DNA of 64,000 nt from Octopus vulgaris (Eukaryota): NCBI GenBank assembly GCA_951406725.2, contig OX597828.1, positions 4,526,001 through 4,590,000 on the forward strand, given 5' to 3'. Below are positions 39,781 through 53,880 of this stretch, piece by piece. How positions within the stretch are numbered: position 1 is the first letter of the stretch; each line of letters starts with the position of its first letter. The notes beneath the pieces are model-generated. The model worked only from the letters and a program-made list of their open reading frames with translations. It was not told where the DNA came from and ran no database searches. Position numbers and translations under genes: made by a program.

Positions 39781-40029
39781 GAAATGCAAACAAGATGCAT
39801 TCCTTGACGGAATATACATACTATGAAACTACACCAGGTCACTACAGCAGCCCTAATTGTGTAGCAAAGCGTGCGTAAACGCACGGATCCGATTTTGCTT
39901 TTACAAACTTCTTCAACGTCACAGCGTCATCCGTGCCAAATTCTCAACTTACCGTAACCTCTAGCACGGGTACGAAATTGCCATAGAAGCGGTCGAAAAT
40001 GAAGGAGTTTTATGTTTTTGTAGTATTAT

Positions 40030-41040
40030 GTTTTGCCGATCTCTGAAGGGCAGATAATCTCTGATAGCTCGCAACCCCGGTTTCTAAAGCCTATAAATCT
40101 CCAACTCCATATTTATGTATGTACAACATGTTTTCTTCACTATCCATCAGGTCGTCTCCTTCTCCCCCCCGCCACGGTTAGTAATACCATTGTCCAAATG
40201 CCATGTTCCTTCACCAAATTTCATAAGCCCGATAGCAACTGCCAACAAATACTTCAGTATTTCACCCTCATATTTCCATCCTAATCTGCCGGCATCCTTT
40301 TTTTTGTTTGCATCATGTCACTACAGAGGCTTTTCTATTCTAATCATTTTCCATCTCTTCAGCGTATCCCGCTCACCTCCTCATTAAATCCGTATATACA
40401 ATGACCCCGTTTCACACACACACACACACATACACACACACACACACACAGAAACATTCACACACACACGCACGCACACACACATACACACACACTCTCA
40501 TACACATGCACACACACGTCGACAGTTCCCTGGCTCCTAACTATTTCTTGAATCATTTTTTAAATTCCTCATCCAAACTAACAGGTACAGCTTCGCCACC
40601 CGGCCGATTATTGCTCAGACATTCTTCTCTTTCATTAGCGAAATCTGAGTACAGATATATGTATTCACGATGGGAATGAGAATTTACCGCATACGCAATC
40701 CTATTTCAATCGCGGTGTTAATCAGTTTACCACACTGATCCCAAAACTATTGGGTCGCCTCATAGATGACTGTATCCTATGTACAACTGAACATTTCATC
40801 CTATTTGATAATCCCAATCATCGAATTTACCTCAGTAATCGCGCATTTATCAATCGACTTTCTAGATAAATTAGTCAATGACCTACACCCCATTATCCCC
40901 AGCATCGCTTTCGGGAAATCCTCCGAAACTCATTCTTATCTTTAATTCTACTCTTCCTATCAATCTCATCTGCAACACACTATCCCTTATTCCCAGCTGA
41001 TCCGTTTCCTTTGTCTGTGCATCCAACACCAAGACTTTCA
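40030..41040 (+). mobile_element. Highly decayed PLE (Neptune-type) RT remnant interrupted by (CA)n
   Basis: SGRLLLPPATVSNTIVQMPCSFTKFHKPDSNCQQI resembles SG.LP.TA.NLIV..P...LPKIHKP..PGRPI. Later KTIGRL..CILCTTEHFILFD and VNDLHPIIPSIAF pieces. Confidence 0.5.
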
Positions 41041-41699
41041 AACCTAGTCACATATATTGCCCGTGTCTTCACATATATTGTCAGTTTACACACGAAACCT
41101 CAAAATGATTGATAGTGTGACTCTCAAAGCCTGAAGCAATGTCTGAATTCCATTGCACTTTTAGTGTAATATTATAAAATGAATGTTTTGTTAAATGTTG
41201 CTATTGATCCATATATTGTATGAAAAAGCTATATATTTCTTGATACAACTAATGTTTAGACCTACTGAAACCCAATTTCGAAAATATAAAATATTCTTTT
41301 ATAAGTAATGTAACTTACAACAGAGATGTGAACAATATATTTTATAGTATAACTTAAAATGAATGCATCTAAAAAGAGTGTTAAGAAATTATTTAAAATA
41401 TTTCTTTCTAGATACTAGAGGATTCCAGCAATCCTCTAGGATTGCTAGAGCAACTAGAAGAATTTAGAAATAGTATACATAACATACAATATAATGAATA
41501 ACTAACCCTATAGAGACTATCTTGACTTAAGGAAGAGACGTATCTAGTTTACCACGTTCCACACTAAGAACAATTACAATTTATTAAATGTGCAAAGCTA
41601 AGGCACAAAATCATTGAGAAAGTATTGGAGGCCATTGCACTACCAGCCACAAATGTAAATATTGGGTGTGTGTGAACTTGGATACACACATACATGATG

Positions 41700-43800
41700 G
41701 CCGTCCACTCGTGACCAAGGAAAAGCATTGATAACTTTTAGGAACATTGTCAAGACTAATTATATTTTACAGTTTCGGCTCCGTTGGTAGCTAACGAGCC
41801 CTGCTCTTTAAAAAGATACACGACTGCGAATATTTTAAAACCAAGCTTTCCCCACTCATTACACTAGTAGTGGGCTTTCGAGCAGCACGCTTAGATTTTT
41901 CATGAAGAATGCATGCTCTTTCAAAGGTATCGACACCCTCCGTAACCTGTTCCCACCATCGGTAGCGATGATAAGCATTGCTCTCTCAGTCAGCCTCCTG
42001 CATTTCACAGGCCTTTAATAAGGGCTTTACACAGTCCTTAATCGCAGTCTTGGCTTCTGCCGGAGTCGTTTTCCAGTAACAAGTTCCCCATATAGCATCT
42101 GTTTAGGGATCCTGCTATCATTCATGCTAACAAGGTGTCCAGTCCAACGGGACCAGTGCTTGTGCACCATCGTCTCAATACTCAGGATATCGGCTTCCCT
42201 CATGACCAGTGTATCTGGAGTTTTTGAGGCCCAGTCACCATTCAGAATGTCTCAGACATCTCTGATGGAAGCGTTGAAGGACATTTACATAGCGATTGTA
42301 AAGGTCTCATGTCTCACGTGAGTAGAGGAGCAATATCAGCACGCATGCACGGTACACAGCAAGTTTTGTTCGCCATGTGATGCCATGTTGGGAGCAGACA
42401 CAAGACCGAAGAAACCGGAAGGAATCAGTCGCTCTCTGCAGACTGTAAGATATTTTATCATCCAGGAAGTAAGAACGGCTGAGTATACTACCCAGGTAGA
42501 GAAACTTGTCTACCACTTTCAGTATTGCTCCTTCAATCAAGATAACTGGTTCCACATACAGAGACTGGAGAACTGGCAGTTAATCGACGAGAATTGGCAG
42601 TAAATCGACGCAGGTTAAAATGACGGCGTCTACAACAAAAGCATGAGTAAGAGTAGCAGCAAATACAGACAAGATGAGGGTCGGGGCAAGGATGTCACTC
42701 TGCTTGACACCATTCTCAACAAGAATGGGTCCCGCCACTCCACCCCCAACACTGACCCAAGCCTCCATCCCATCATGAAATAAGTGATCCGGACATCCAC
42801 GTTTGTGAAGTATTTTCCTAAGGGAGGCCCCATTTACAGTATCAAAGGCCTTTCTTAAATCAATGAATCCTGGACAAAATCCATATTCTGCTCATAGCGC
42901 TTCTCCTGCATCTGTCTCGCTGTGAAAATCATATCCCACATTCCTCATCCATATCGGAAACCGCATTGAGATTCAGATATGACATCATTTACAAGACACC
43001 TATTCAGGCGGGTAAGAAGAATACTTGCCAGAACATTGCCAGCAGCTGATAGTAGAGCAATACCCCTGTAGTTGCCACACTCTACTCTGGTTCCCTTTCC
43101 TTTAAAGAGAGGAAGAAGTATTGCAACCTACCAGTCCTTAGGCATTTCATCATTCCCCAAGATTACATGAATAAGTTCATGAAGGGACTGTGTGATGTGT
43201 TCACCACCAAATCGCAGGACCTCAACACAGATACTATCCTTACAAAGTGCTTTACTAAGATTTAGTTTACTTATCGCAGTCATTATCTCATCTATTGAAG
43301 GCGTGGAATTTAAGGAACTAATAACTGGTTTCTGTTGCATAGTGTCAATCACTGCTTCGTCCACAAATGACTCATGGTTTATGAGTTCAGAGAAATGTTG
43401 AATCCAGCAACCCATGACTTCTGTTGTTCTAGTAAACAGAGTAAAAGACTCCTTGGAACTCTTAGGCCCATAAACGTGCTTCATAAGATAGTAAAGCTTC
43501 TTGCTGTCATTTGCACTAGCAGCAGCAGCCTGAGAATCACGACAAGATCCTCCAAGGCATTTTGCATCTTCCTCAGAGATCAATGTGATTTTACGGTTTT
43601 TACGCTGCTGTAGTGTGCAAGTGCTAGATTTCGCTGCACGAATGAAAGTCTGCTGAGACTTTCAGCTGTGCTGAACTTCAGCATCATTTTCAGCATTTCA
43701 CAGTCGCTGAACTTCGGTATCACTTTGAGAAACCTAGTCTCGAACATCTTCCCACGCTGTAGTATTTTCAATGATGGACAAACAATTCTGAAGCTCTTTT
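41700..43800 (-). mobile_element. RTE (BovB-like) LINE, 5'-truncated and degenerate
   Basis: NYRGIALLSAAGNVLA, ESQCGFR, FTARQMQEK, FIDLRKAFDTVN, GVKQSDILAPTL, VDKFLYLGSILS, KLAVYRACVL..LLYSRET, WTGHLVSMNDSRIPKQMLYGEL. Confidence 0.92.
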
Positions 43801-44347
43801 CTTCACCTTAGCCACAGGACTTCCGAATAAAAATATACACAACTATATATCTAAAACAAAAAAGGAAAAGAACAAACACAGAAACAATGAACATGTAAAG
43901 GAAAACTTCAGCAAAGCATGTGCAAAGTTTTAGGTCCAATAAGTCTTGCAACGACACTTCGTAGACTCTATTGACATTATCCAGAAATAAGCCGACGCAA
44001 GATGACTGGTGCTAGTTTGAATTGCAGACTCAGGGTTGTGGGAGTGCAATGATCTTAAGCATGAACAAAAGATCTCCAAAATGTCCAATGCCATTTCCTG
44101 CATATCTGGCTTTATATGAGAGTTGCCTTCTAGAGACAGGCTACGAAAAGAGTTGACGGGTGTGTCATTCACAGTGGTCTTCAAGCACGTGCGATACCAT
44201 CCCAGATATTGTACGTGCTCGTGCTATTAATAGATAGTCGTTGAACCTGCACAAGCATGCATACATACATACATAAATGCAGGTGATATATACACATATA
44301 TATGTATGTATACATCTCTCTTTCTCTTTACACACACACACATACAT

Positions 44348-44397
<50 letters not shown>

Positions 44398-44443
44398 ATA
44401 TATATGGATATATATATATATATATATAATATATATATATATA

Positions 44444-44482
<39 letters not shown>

Positions 44483-44574
44483 CATACGCGCACACACCAG
44501 TTTGCACGTGTCTGACAAACACTCTCACAGGCACACATGCGTCTCTATGAGTAAATTATAGACATATATATATA

Positions 44575-44634
<60 letters not shown>

Positions 44635-45295
44635 TATATGTACATATATGTGTGTGAGTGTGCGTTTTTATACAAATTTTCACATTCATATCCAAAGTGA
44701 CCTGCATACATACCCATAAACAAATATATACTGAGGCACACATATTACCACGTACATATGTATATATAAGTACATATATGTATGTGTATATGTATATAAA
44801 TACATATATATAATACATATATACAAACTCACACACATACACACCACACAATGATATATAAACAAGACATTGAGATGAAATAACCTATGTAAACGACGGA
44901 ATCACTCACTGTTTCCAACATGTTGTTGAATAGATTCGAATGAATTTGTTTACATTTATCAAAGCAATCATTATTAGATCGTATTTGAAGTGGAAAGACA
45001 TAACGTAACAGACTAAACACAAATAAATAGAAAACTAAAACGAAAGCATAGACTTTATGTAATAAAGGATTTATGAATTTATTGAGGAAATAGTAGCTTC
45101 TATCTATCGTATTAACGTGAAATGGATATCACAGGAATTGCTCCGTTTTATTTGCCATAGGCGAAACCAGATCGAATAAATGAAATACACACATATTTAC
45201 AGTCATGCTTGCATACATATATTTATATATACTGCGCGTATATATCTATATATACATACATATATACGTACGTACATACATACATACATACATAT

Positions 45296-45350
<55 letters not shown>

Positions 45351-46959
45351 GTATATATATAGGTATATATGTATATACATATATATATATAGGTATATAT
45401 ATATATATATATATATATGCGTATATATATATAGGCATATATATATGTGTGTGCGTTTGCGAGTGTGTGTATACGTGAGCGTGCGTGCGCACACATGTGT
45501 ATATTGAAAGAGTGAGCGAGGTTGATAGATATAGACCTAGAGAGGGACATGTATGTTATTATGTGTATTTGACAATGTAGATAAACGTATGTAGTTCACA
45601 AGAAATAAAAGAATAGAATATGTTATATATGTTTTTCTCTACATCAATAACGCGTAGCATTAATCGGTTTGAAATTCCATTTATTTACATGCGTTCCTAT
45701 CAAGTTTTGCAACTGCGGTTTTTGCAATAGATACAAATATGATTAGTTTCACATTCTTTATATTTCGCAATGAATGGTGAATAAACCACACAGAAGAACA
45801 AAATAAACAGTGAAAAGAATAAATATAAGCGAAACAGAAAGAAAGTTTAATAAATACATGAATTGTAAATAACATTAGAGACGAATGAATTGTTTATACT
45901 TTTAAAGCAAATGTATTTTTTCTTTGTTCTTTTGTATTGTTGTTTAGCAATTTCTCAAATTTGTATAGATAATGAGTGGAAAGGTGATAGAATTTAATTG
46001 AATTTTAGATTGATTTCGCTTCAGTTCGATATGATGTTGTGAAAATGATATCAAGACTTATAAGGAATGTATTGTGTTATTTCGGAATCTCCTACTTACC
46101 TTCATAAGTATATAACAAATTTTATATTACCACACTTACAAATATAAAAGCTGATACATAAAGAGAGCCGATCACATTCACACTGAAATAACGATGCACA
46201 CTCACTCACGCATATACACGTTTATTTATGGGGTAGCATTTTCCTGCCCACAATTTCATTATATAGCTGACATATAGATATGGAAACCGTTGTTATTTTT
46301 GCTGATTAGAGAGAATTTTCTATCTCAATAGAATAGGAGACAAATTGTATAATTATATCGAAATAAACCCTAATAATGATAAGATGGCCACAGCTCGGTT
46401 CTTTGTTTCATTTTAGAACTACTCGCTCAGTTTTGAATACGACTGATGATAACACACTTCATGGACAATAACCTTCCGAATACTGAAAACTACTGAGTCA
46501 CAAATGCCATTTGAAGAAATTTCATTGTGACTTACAAATCTGTGCCAGAGTAGAAATCCTAAGACTATATTTTCATTCAGACTTGGATATCTTTCAGTCA
46601 TGATCAACCATTGAACCTGCATAATGTAGAAGACACACTGCCTAAACAGCCAGGTAAAAGCCGCTGCTTGGGAGAGATTCATGCAAAGGCATATTCTGAA
46701 ATAATTTTCAGGGGATTATCAAATGTTAACAGATAAATAGTTGCTAGAAAAAAAAATCCTGCTATTTCGGTTATACTATACTGTATAAGTTTCGGAGCGT
46801 GCAAACTACCGGGCCAATCGCAATTGAAGTGAGCTTTTTTGGAGGACATTCCAATGGTGACTATCGTTTTATTACGGACATTCGTTTATAAATTATACGT
46901 TTTCTTTCTTTTTATTGCAACAACATAGTAGAAGTCTGTGTAATTAAAAATTAAATAGC

Positions 46960-47527
46960 AAAAATGAGTAGACCGTCTGGACAACTGTTCACACCTGCGG
47001 TCTCTCTATAATGTCAGATTAATAGCGGAACTTGATGTGGTTTAAGCGAAGTTACACAAGGAATATTACATCAATAGAACAGATGAGCTACCGGCAGAGA
47101 CTGAAAGAGCTACAACTCTACCTCTTGAAGCGAAGATGGGAGAGGTGTGCCGTGATGTATGTGTGAAATATACTGGAGTGGCTGGCACCAAACGTTGGAA
47201 TCGATAGCACTCCACTGTTCCAAAAGTCTCAGCTGTTCCATCTAGTGTGAGGACCATGTACTGCAATAGCTTGGAATTCAAGGGCCCACAGCTATTTAAC
47301 GCCTTACCAAAACATCTGAAGGATCTTTATGGAGTGTGAATAGATGTTTTCCAGAAGCAACGTGACCCCCTGCTATCCAAGGTCCCAAATGAGCCAATAT
47401 CAAGGCAGGTGACTCAAAATAGGGCAAAAGAGTCGAACTCCCTCCTTTACCAAAAGCCAATCGTATAAGGTGGTGGTGCCTCAGCATGACCACAGCCTTG
47501 TGGCTGAAACGTATAAAAGAATAAAAT
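46960..47527 (+). mobile_element. CR1/L2-group LINE 3' end including 3' tail
   Basis: RLDNCSHL, SYTRNITSIEQMSYRQRLKELQLYLLKRRWER, NSLEFKGPQLFNALPKHLKDL...LLSKVPNEP, then tail GGTGGTGCCTCAGCATGACCACAGCC...GCTGAAACGTATAAAAGAATAAAA. Confidence 0.85.
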
Positions 47528-48675
47528 ACATCGAAGCAAGATGCATTATACATTGGGCTTGTCAGGATATTTGTCTATAATGGATCTTGGCAATATGCAA
47601 AGATAAATTCTGACCAGTTCAGTGGATACATATGTGTTAGACGTTTAAAGTTTCTATACTGTGTTTCAAACTTTGTCTACATAAATCTATTGGATTACAT
47701 GGATTCACAAATAATATATTGCTCACCATATTCCATAGACATATCTATAAATAAAACAACAGATTGATATTTAAAATAGAAGATTCCTCAATGATTCGTA
47801 TAGTAAACAAAGTTAGAGTCACTTCAAATGAAATTACCAGTTTTCTAAGATATGATCCCCAAACTTAAGGTTGGTAGACAACGTTCTATTGACTTACTCA
47901 CCTGCAACGTACCAATAATTTAGAAGAAGCTCAAAATAGAACAATAATGTCTAGAAAAGAATTTGATATAGTATATTGATTTTATAAAGTGTCCTCAGAA
48001 ACGTTTAAGTGGAAAATACAAAATGTATAATTTCTCTTTAACAATCCTCAATTCTACTCAATGACTATTATAAAACTGCAGTATTATTTTATTTACATAC
48101 ACACTCATAGACACGCTTATATTCTATGCTATTACATTCTAGGCCATGATGAATGTGTGTGTGTGTAAGTGTGTGTGTGTGAGCGCGTGTGCTTTCTGTG
48201 TTCGGGTGTGTAATGTATATTATGCTGTATGATAAATTTTCAGAATGTTCTCTTTTATATACCCCGAAGGATATAGCAATGGAAACGGGCATTAATGGTA
48301 TTCTTTTAACTCGTTTTGATATTTCTTTGACAGTTTATACGTTATAAATTGTTTCTTAAAGTTAAGCACAAAACACTTTGTTCCAGATATTTTAAAGTTA
48401 CGAAAAATGCTTGCTCAACACTTATATGACAATTTGTATATATGTTACAAACACAAAATATGTGTTTTAATATCCACATGTATGTGTGTATATACATACT
48501 TGTACGTGTTTGTGCATAAACATATATAGATACATGATCTCTCTCTATATATATATACATGTATGTATGTGTATGTGTATAGACATATATACATATATAT
48601 GTGTGTGTGTATACACACACACACACATATATATATATATGCATGTTTGTATATATATATACATGTATGGGGATC

Positions 48676-48711
<36 letters not shown>

Positions 48712-48915
48712 TTCGTCTTATCTAGTAGTTATGACGGCAACTGCTCTGAATCTCTTCTTACGACTAGGACATGATATTTTTGTTGTTTCTTCTTTCTCTG
48801 AATATGCAACATTAAAATAGCCTTCACTAATTTTCTCTCTCAACGGGCACAGAGATGAAAGAGTTAATATACATTCCATACACTTTTCATGGAATAAACA
48901 CACACACACACATCC

Positions 48916-48996
<81 letters not shown>

Positions 48997-48999
<3 letters not shown>

Positions 49000-49500
49000 C
49001 AGGTAAGTTAGGGGTTGTGGATCCAACCCACTAAGGGATAATATTTATCCAATATACTGTTGGTGTAATCCAAATTATTAATACACAAGTTTTTTTAATT
49101 GTAAGGCAATTAACTTACCTATTGAATTAAATGGGTGAAGGCAAAGAAATATTTTATCATTAATTTATAATACAAATAAGAAAATGGAGAAAAACATTAG
49201 TTGGTTTATCAGCTTTAGGATATTAGAATGTTGACTTATTTATTTAACAAAACGAAAACCATAGTAACATACATATATGCATTAAAATTCAATTCATATC
49301 AGATAAGAATACAATTATAAAAACCTTAATATAAATTATCGGAATCATTAAAATCTCTCTTACAGCTGTTTCAACCTATGGAAAAAAGTAGTTTTCAGTG
49401 CCTATAGTTGTCAATTATATTGAGGTTGTAGGAATTTAAAAATGGGGTACTTATATATAACCATAGACCTCGTTAGAGATTATAAAGGACTTCCAAAATA
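48997..49500 (-). mobile_element. PLE-type terminal fragment with hammerhead variant (49356-49480)
   Basis: Minus strand: TCT-CTAACGA-GGTCTATGG...CCATAGGTT-GAAA-CAGCTG-TA-AGA, with one core substitution. Abuts (TA)n. Shares AAGAAAATGGAGAA with the 5090 fragment. Confidence 0.55.
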
Positions 49501-49739
49501 TAAATATATACATGAAACAGGTTATACGTACATGTACATTCATGCGTGCATATCTGTATATTTATATAAATGTACATACACATTCACAATATTTCTTGAG
49601 TAGCTCATTCTGTAGGTTAATTAATGAATGAAATCCCATTATAACCTGCATTTTTAAATTTAACTATTGTATGTATTTTTTGGTAATTGAGTAAACAATA
49701 GTTATAAAGTTTTGTCAATATTAAATACTACTAGATACA

Positions 49740-49990
49740 TTGATATTGTTCATATAGATATTTCCAGTTGCTTAAATTGGAAGCCGTTGGACAGACCGAC
49801 GCGAAGTTAAACAGCAGTGTACGGCGAAGGAGAAATTTTTAGAATAGTTTAAAATTAGAAATCCCCTGGAAATAATGTTTTCGATCGAATCAACTGCGAG
49901 TCAACATGAGATACCTTGATGACAAATTAAACCTCTCTTGGTTAAGGTATCTTTTGCCCGACGAGTACCTAAGAGATTAACCTTCGTTTG
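49740..49990 (+). mobile_element. Mariner transposase remnant
   Basis: KVSFARRVPKRLT near 49944-49982 resembles the mariner ARWVP(R/H)xLT linker. Confidence 0.4.
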
Positions 49991-51279
49991 GGTTATTACT
50001 ATTTCCGTGGTTCTAATAGATATGAAGCACATGTAGCCTGGTTTTTATCCACTCTACTCCCTAATTTTGGATATATATATATATATGAATACTCATGTCT
50101 TTATTTACACCTACCTCTCCGACTTTCTCCTAATATATAATTATATGCAAATGTACATATATATGCGCGCGCGCAAAATGTGTGTTTGTGTTTGTTTATG
50201 TCTATATAAATATGTTTGAGTATGCATGCATATGAGTATTCAAAATGTGCGCTAATATTACACTGGTCAGATATATTTTGGGGTGCCAAAACTTATTGGA
50301 GGGATTGTAGGGTAGTTTTCGCCTACTGGCTCTGAATACATCTATTTGCGCCATATTATTATACAAGACAATATTCATATTATTTTATATCAATTAATCT
50401 TCCAAGAAACGACGCTATTTGTATGAGTTGCTTTGTTGTAGTTAAGAAGGTCATTGAAGCTAAAGTTTGCAGCAGTAGTCTGGCATAATGCCATCAAACC
50501 ATTCCTTCATCATCGTAAAATCCTAGGAGACTCTCTCGTTTTCACTCTCACAAAAATCTCCAAGTTTTTCTTGAAATCTTTCCAAGTTACCATTTCAAAA
50601 AATTAGAATCTATGATGAGCTTACGAATTGATAAATGTATTTCTTCTTAATTTAGCAGGTCAAAATCAAGGAATGATCTCCAAATTTATTTCAAATGATT
50701 GCTGTCTTTGATTTGATACATCATGTAAGATTTAAGTCAACTAATAATACATATTATAAAAGTAGTTTAAAATAAAGTCAGATGGATGTTATCAGATCAA
50801 CACGTTTTGTATTAAACGACATGAGCCATTTTTATGACCTGTTTTGGCGATGCTAAGCAGTTGAAACAAACAACAAAAGAAAGTCTATATTGTAACCTCA
50901 CATTCTGCTCTTCACACATTCATACTTTCGCACTCCACACTCAGATATAAACACACATACGCTAATATATCTATGCGTCGCACATACCTGAGGTAAAATG
51001 CATTTAAAAAGAGACAATATAAAACCAAGTGTAACTTAAATGTATCCCCGTGCGATGATAGATTAGCTGGCCTAACTCGGAGTCACTTTCAATCCTATTC
51101 TTGTTAAAAAATAAGAAATATGCACTCTATAAAATTATGAGGAATATCATCTTCGTCGAGCACAGACTACATAGCATAGCTAACTAAAAAAAATGAATAA
51201 GAAAAGGAACGCAAAAAAACCAGCATACGGTTAAAATGCAGAAGGTAACAAAAATATAACGTGAAAGGAGAACCGGAAA

Positions 51280-51785
51280 ACAAAAACACAAAGACTAAAA
51301 TGTATAAAGTATAAAAGATAAAAGTTATCCACCTTAGATTTTAAATTATAAGGCTAAAATGATATGAACATGTAAATCAAGAATAGATGGAATTTTCCAA
51401 TTCTTTAAGATATATTTGCGCATATGCATGCGATAGAAGAAAATTTCAGACCTAGTCTTCAGTAGATAGAGAGGGATCTTAGATCTCAAGGGGATTTGTG
51501 CTCTTTCAGCAAAACAAAATCCTACATTTATTCGATCCTTTATCATCAGGGATGGATTTCTCAATTATTCTCCACTTAATCTATACGTAGCTGGACAAGT
51601 TATTAGTTTTACTTTTGTCCGTATGTGAATGGCATAAAGAATTTTTTAATTATTTGAATTCCGCCTATTCCCGATTAATTTGTAGATATCTTTCCAGCCT
51701 TATAAATTAAGGTCTAAGTGATATAACTTTGTTTTACCTATTTTACTTCTTACGTTTTACATTTTAGTTTTTGCGTTTTCGTTTG
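51280..51785. repeat. Diverged inverted repeat, arms about 51280-51365 and 51685-51785
   Basis: ACTAAAATGTA...AAAGTTAT...CTTAGA...TTATAAGGCT is found inverted in the second arm. Confidence 0.65.
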
Positions 51786-51870
51786 ACGTTTTTTCAAATT
51801 TGCGCGTTATCTATAAGCTGCCTACTCACTTTTTCCCCGTTTCTTCTCCTATTAAATTTTCTTATATATG

Positions 51871-51966
<96 letters not shown>

Positions 51967-52292
51967 CATATATATATAAAAAGCTAAATTAAATAAAGAG
52001 ATAGTATTGACATCAAATATTTTATTCATATTATAATATTACATGATATACTATGAATATAATATAATATTATTTAACATAGACAATTATTAAAAAAACT
52101 CATAAAAGCCTCAACAAATTCTTTCGACTTATATACATTTTCTGATATGCATACACAATAACAGTCCCATATTTATTTAAATGACTTCAAGGTCATGGTT
52201 TAAAGATATTTATTTGTTTATTTGTATATCGTACGCCTTGTTAACCCTATCTTATTTAGCTATATATATATAGAGATACATTCCTACCTACC

Positions 52293-52347
<55 letters not shown>

Positions 52348-52378
52348 TTTATTTAAAAGCAGCAGAAATATCACGAGA

Positions 52379-52437
52379 ACTGTTACTCAGAGTTTCACGT
52401 TCCCGTTTGTCGGAAACGTGAAACTCTGAGTAACAGT
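52379..52437. repeat. Perfect 23-bp-arm hairpin built from a minimal hammerhead-like terminus
   Basis: ACTGTTACTCAGAGTTTCACGTT / AACGTGAAACTCTGAGTAACAGT with a 13-nt spacer. Confidence 0.9.
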
Positions 52438-53151
52438 GAACTATGTTTTACTATTTAGACAATATGTTAATTAAATAATAGTTTAAAATAGCAGGAAATA
52501 GGGTGTGAGTACTTCGCTGGACTTTGCAATATCAAGCCATTATTAAAACTTTGTAGGATAATGGAGCTATCGTTGAATTACATATTTTCTTTACGTTACC
52601 ATCAAGTTATCTTTATTTTATTCTACAATGTAGATTTTTAAAAAGTTACCATTCGGATCACTTGAAATTTTGCAGTTCGTATTGGAACTATAGCTCTTTT
52701 TATTTGAAATTGTTTTCGTCATTGCCTCCATGTTTATTAACTTTTATTCTTGTATATTTTCCTTGCCATCCCGTTTATTTTTATTTTTATTCGTATATAT
52801 TATTATTCGCATATATTTTTTCTTGCCATTCCTTTCAATTTTATTCACATTTTTTTAAATATATTATTAACATAGTATGTGTAAATTTAATTTTATTTCG
52901 AACATTTTATTGCTAACATAGTTCTTGTAAATTTTCGTATATTTGTTTTTAGATTTTTATTCCTTACTTTATTCATGTAACTTTTATTTCTGTAACTTTT
53001 TATCTTTATTTAAATTTTTATCTGAATTATGGCTTGCACTGTAGAGTCCAGCGAAGCTAATTTAAACATATCTTTTGTACACATACTTCAGGGTTTTAGA
53101 AAAAATTAAAATTATAGTTTATTGTATTGAATGTTGATAAAGTTATATAAG

Positions 53152-53246
53152 GGTCTGATGATTGGGGTGGAATTTTGAGAGGGGTTCCAGGGAAACACGG
53201 AGTGGTTTAGGAAGCCGAGGACGTACCTCATGAAACACGTGTTGCC
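53152..53246 (+). ncRNA. Type I hammerhead ribozyme motif
   Basis: GGT-CTGATGA-T-TGGGGT...ACCTCA-T-GAAA-CACGTG-TT-GCC. Lies in an AT-rich PLE-like tail ending CCCT before (TA)n near 53390. Confidence 0.6.
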
Positions 53247-53395
53247 AAGTAATAAAACAGTAGGCATTTAAAATAAAAATAAAAATTCTTTTTATATGGT
53301 GAGTTGTAAAGGTTCTACTATCTCTAAATTAAAATATATGTCTTCATTGAGAATAATTTGAATCTCTGTTATGCCGGAATTTTTATTCCCTAAAA

Positions 53396-53451
<56 letters not shown>

Positions 53452-53619
53452 CTATATGTATATGTATATATAAGGAAAGAGTGTAAAAGACGTGGACTTT
53501 TAAACGATGAATTTTTACGTAGAAATATATACACATATTAATAGGTACGCATTATTAATAGATCCAAGTTATACAGAGTACAAAGGAAAGAGCAAATTAA
53601 ATGCATGGAAGTAAGGTGT

Positions 53620-53650
<31 letters not shown>

Positions 53651-53739
53651 CGAGATGTTGTAATTCATGGCCCAAACTATTTTATTATATTTGTTATATC
53701 TAATTTGTTTATCCGCATAATTTCTTCTATAACCGCTCA

Positions 53740-53880
53740 GCTTGATTGGGATTTTTTAAGAAGGCTCTGGTTGATTATAGGCTGTAGTAGATTACACTTC
53801 TCCGAGGTGCCACGCAGGGGGACTGAACCCTGAAATATGTGGTTGAGAAGAAGGCTTCTTATCACACAGGCAAACCTACG
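53740..53880 (-). mobile_element. SINE family B 5' half, old
   Basis: GGCTGTAGTAGATTACACTTCTCCGAGGTGCCACGCAGGGGACTGAACCC...ATGTGGTTG. Confidence 0.7.

Noticed and set aside
43930-44250. Possible additional RTE fragment
   Set aside because: Motifs are too degenerate to support a call.
46417-46655. Candidate exon with acceptor TTTTAG and donor AG|GTAAAA
   Set aside because: All frames are closed over the full span and there is no recognisable homology.
50260-50720. Possible Tc1 relic (TACACTGG terminus-like sequence)
   Set aside because: No matching second TIR or clear transposase motif.
51410-51555. Minus-strand CTGATGA inside the 51280-51785 inverted repeat
   Set aside because: I could not assemble helix II, GAAA and helix III convincingly.
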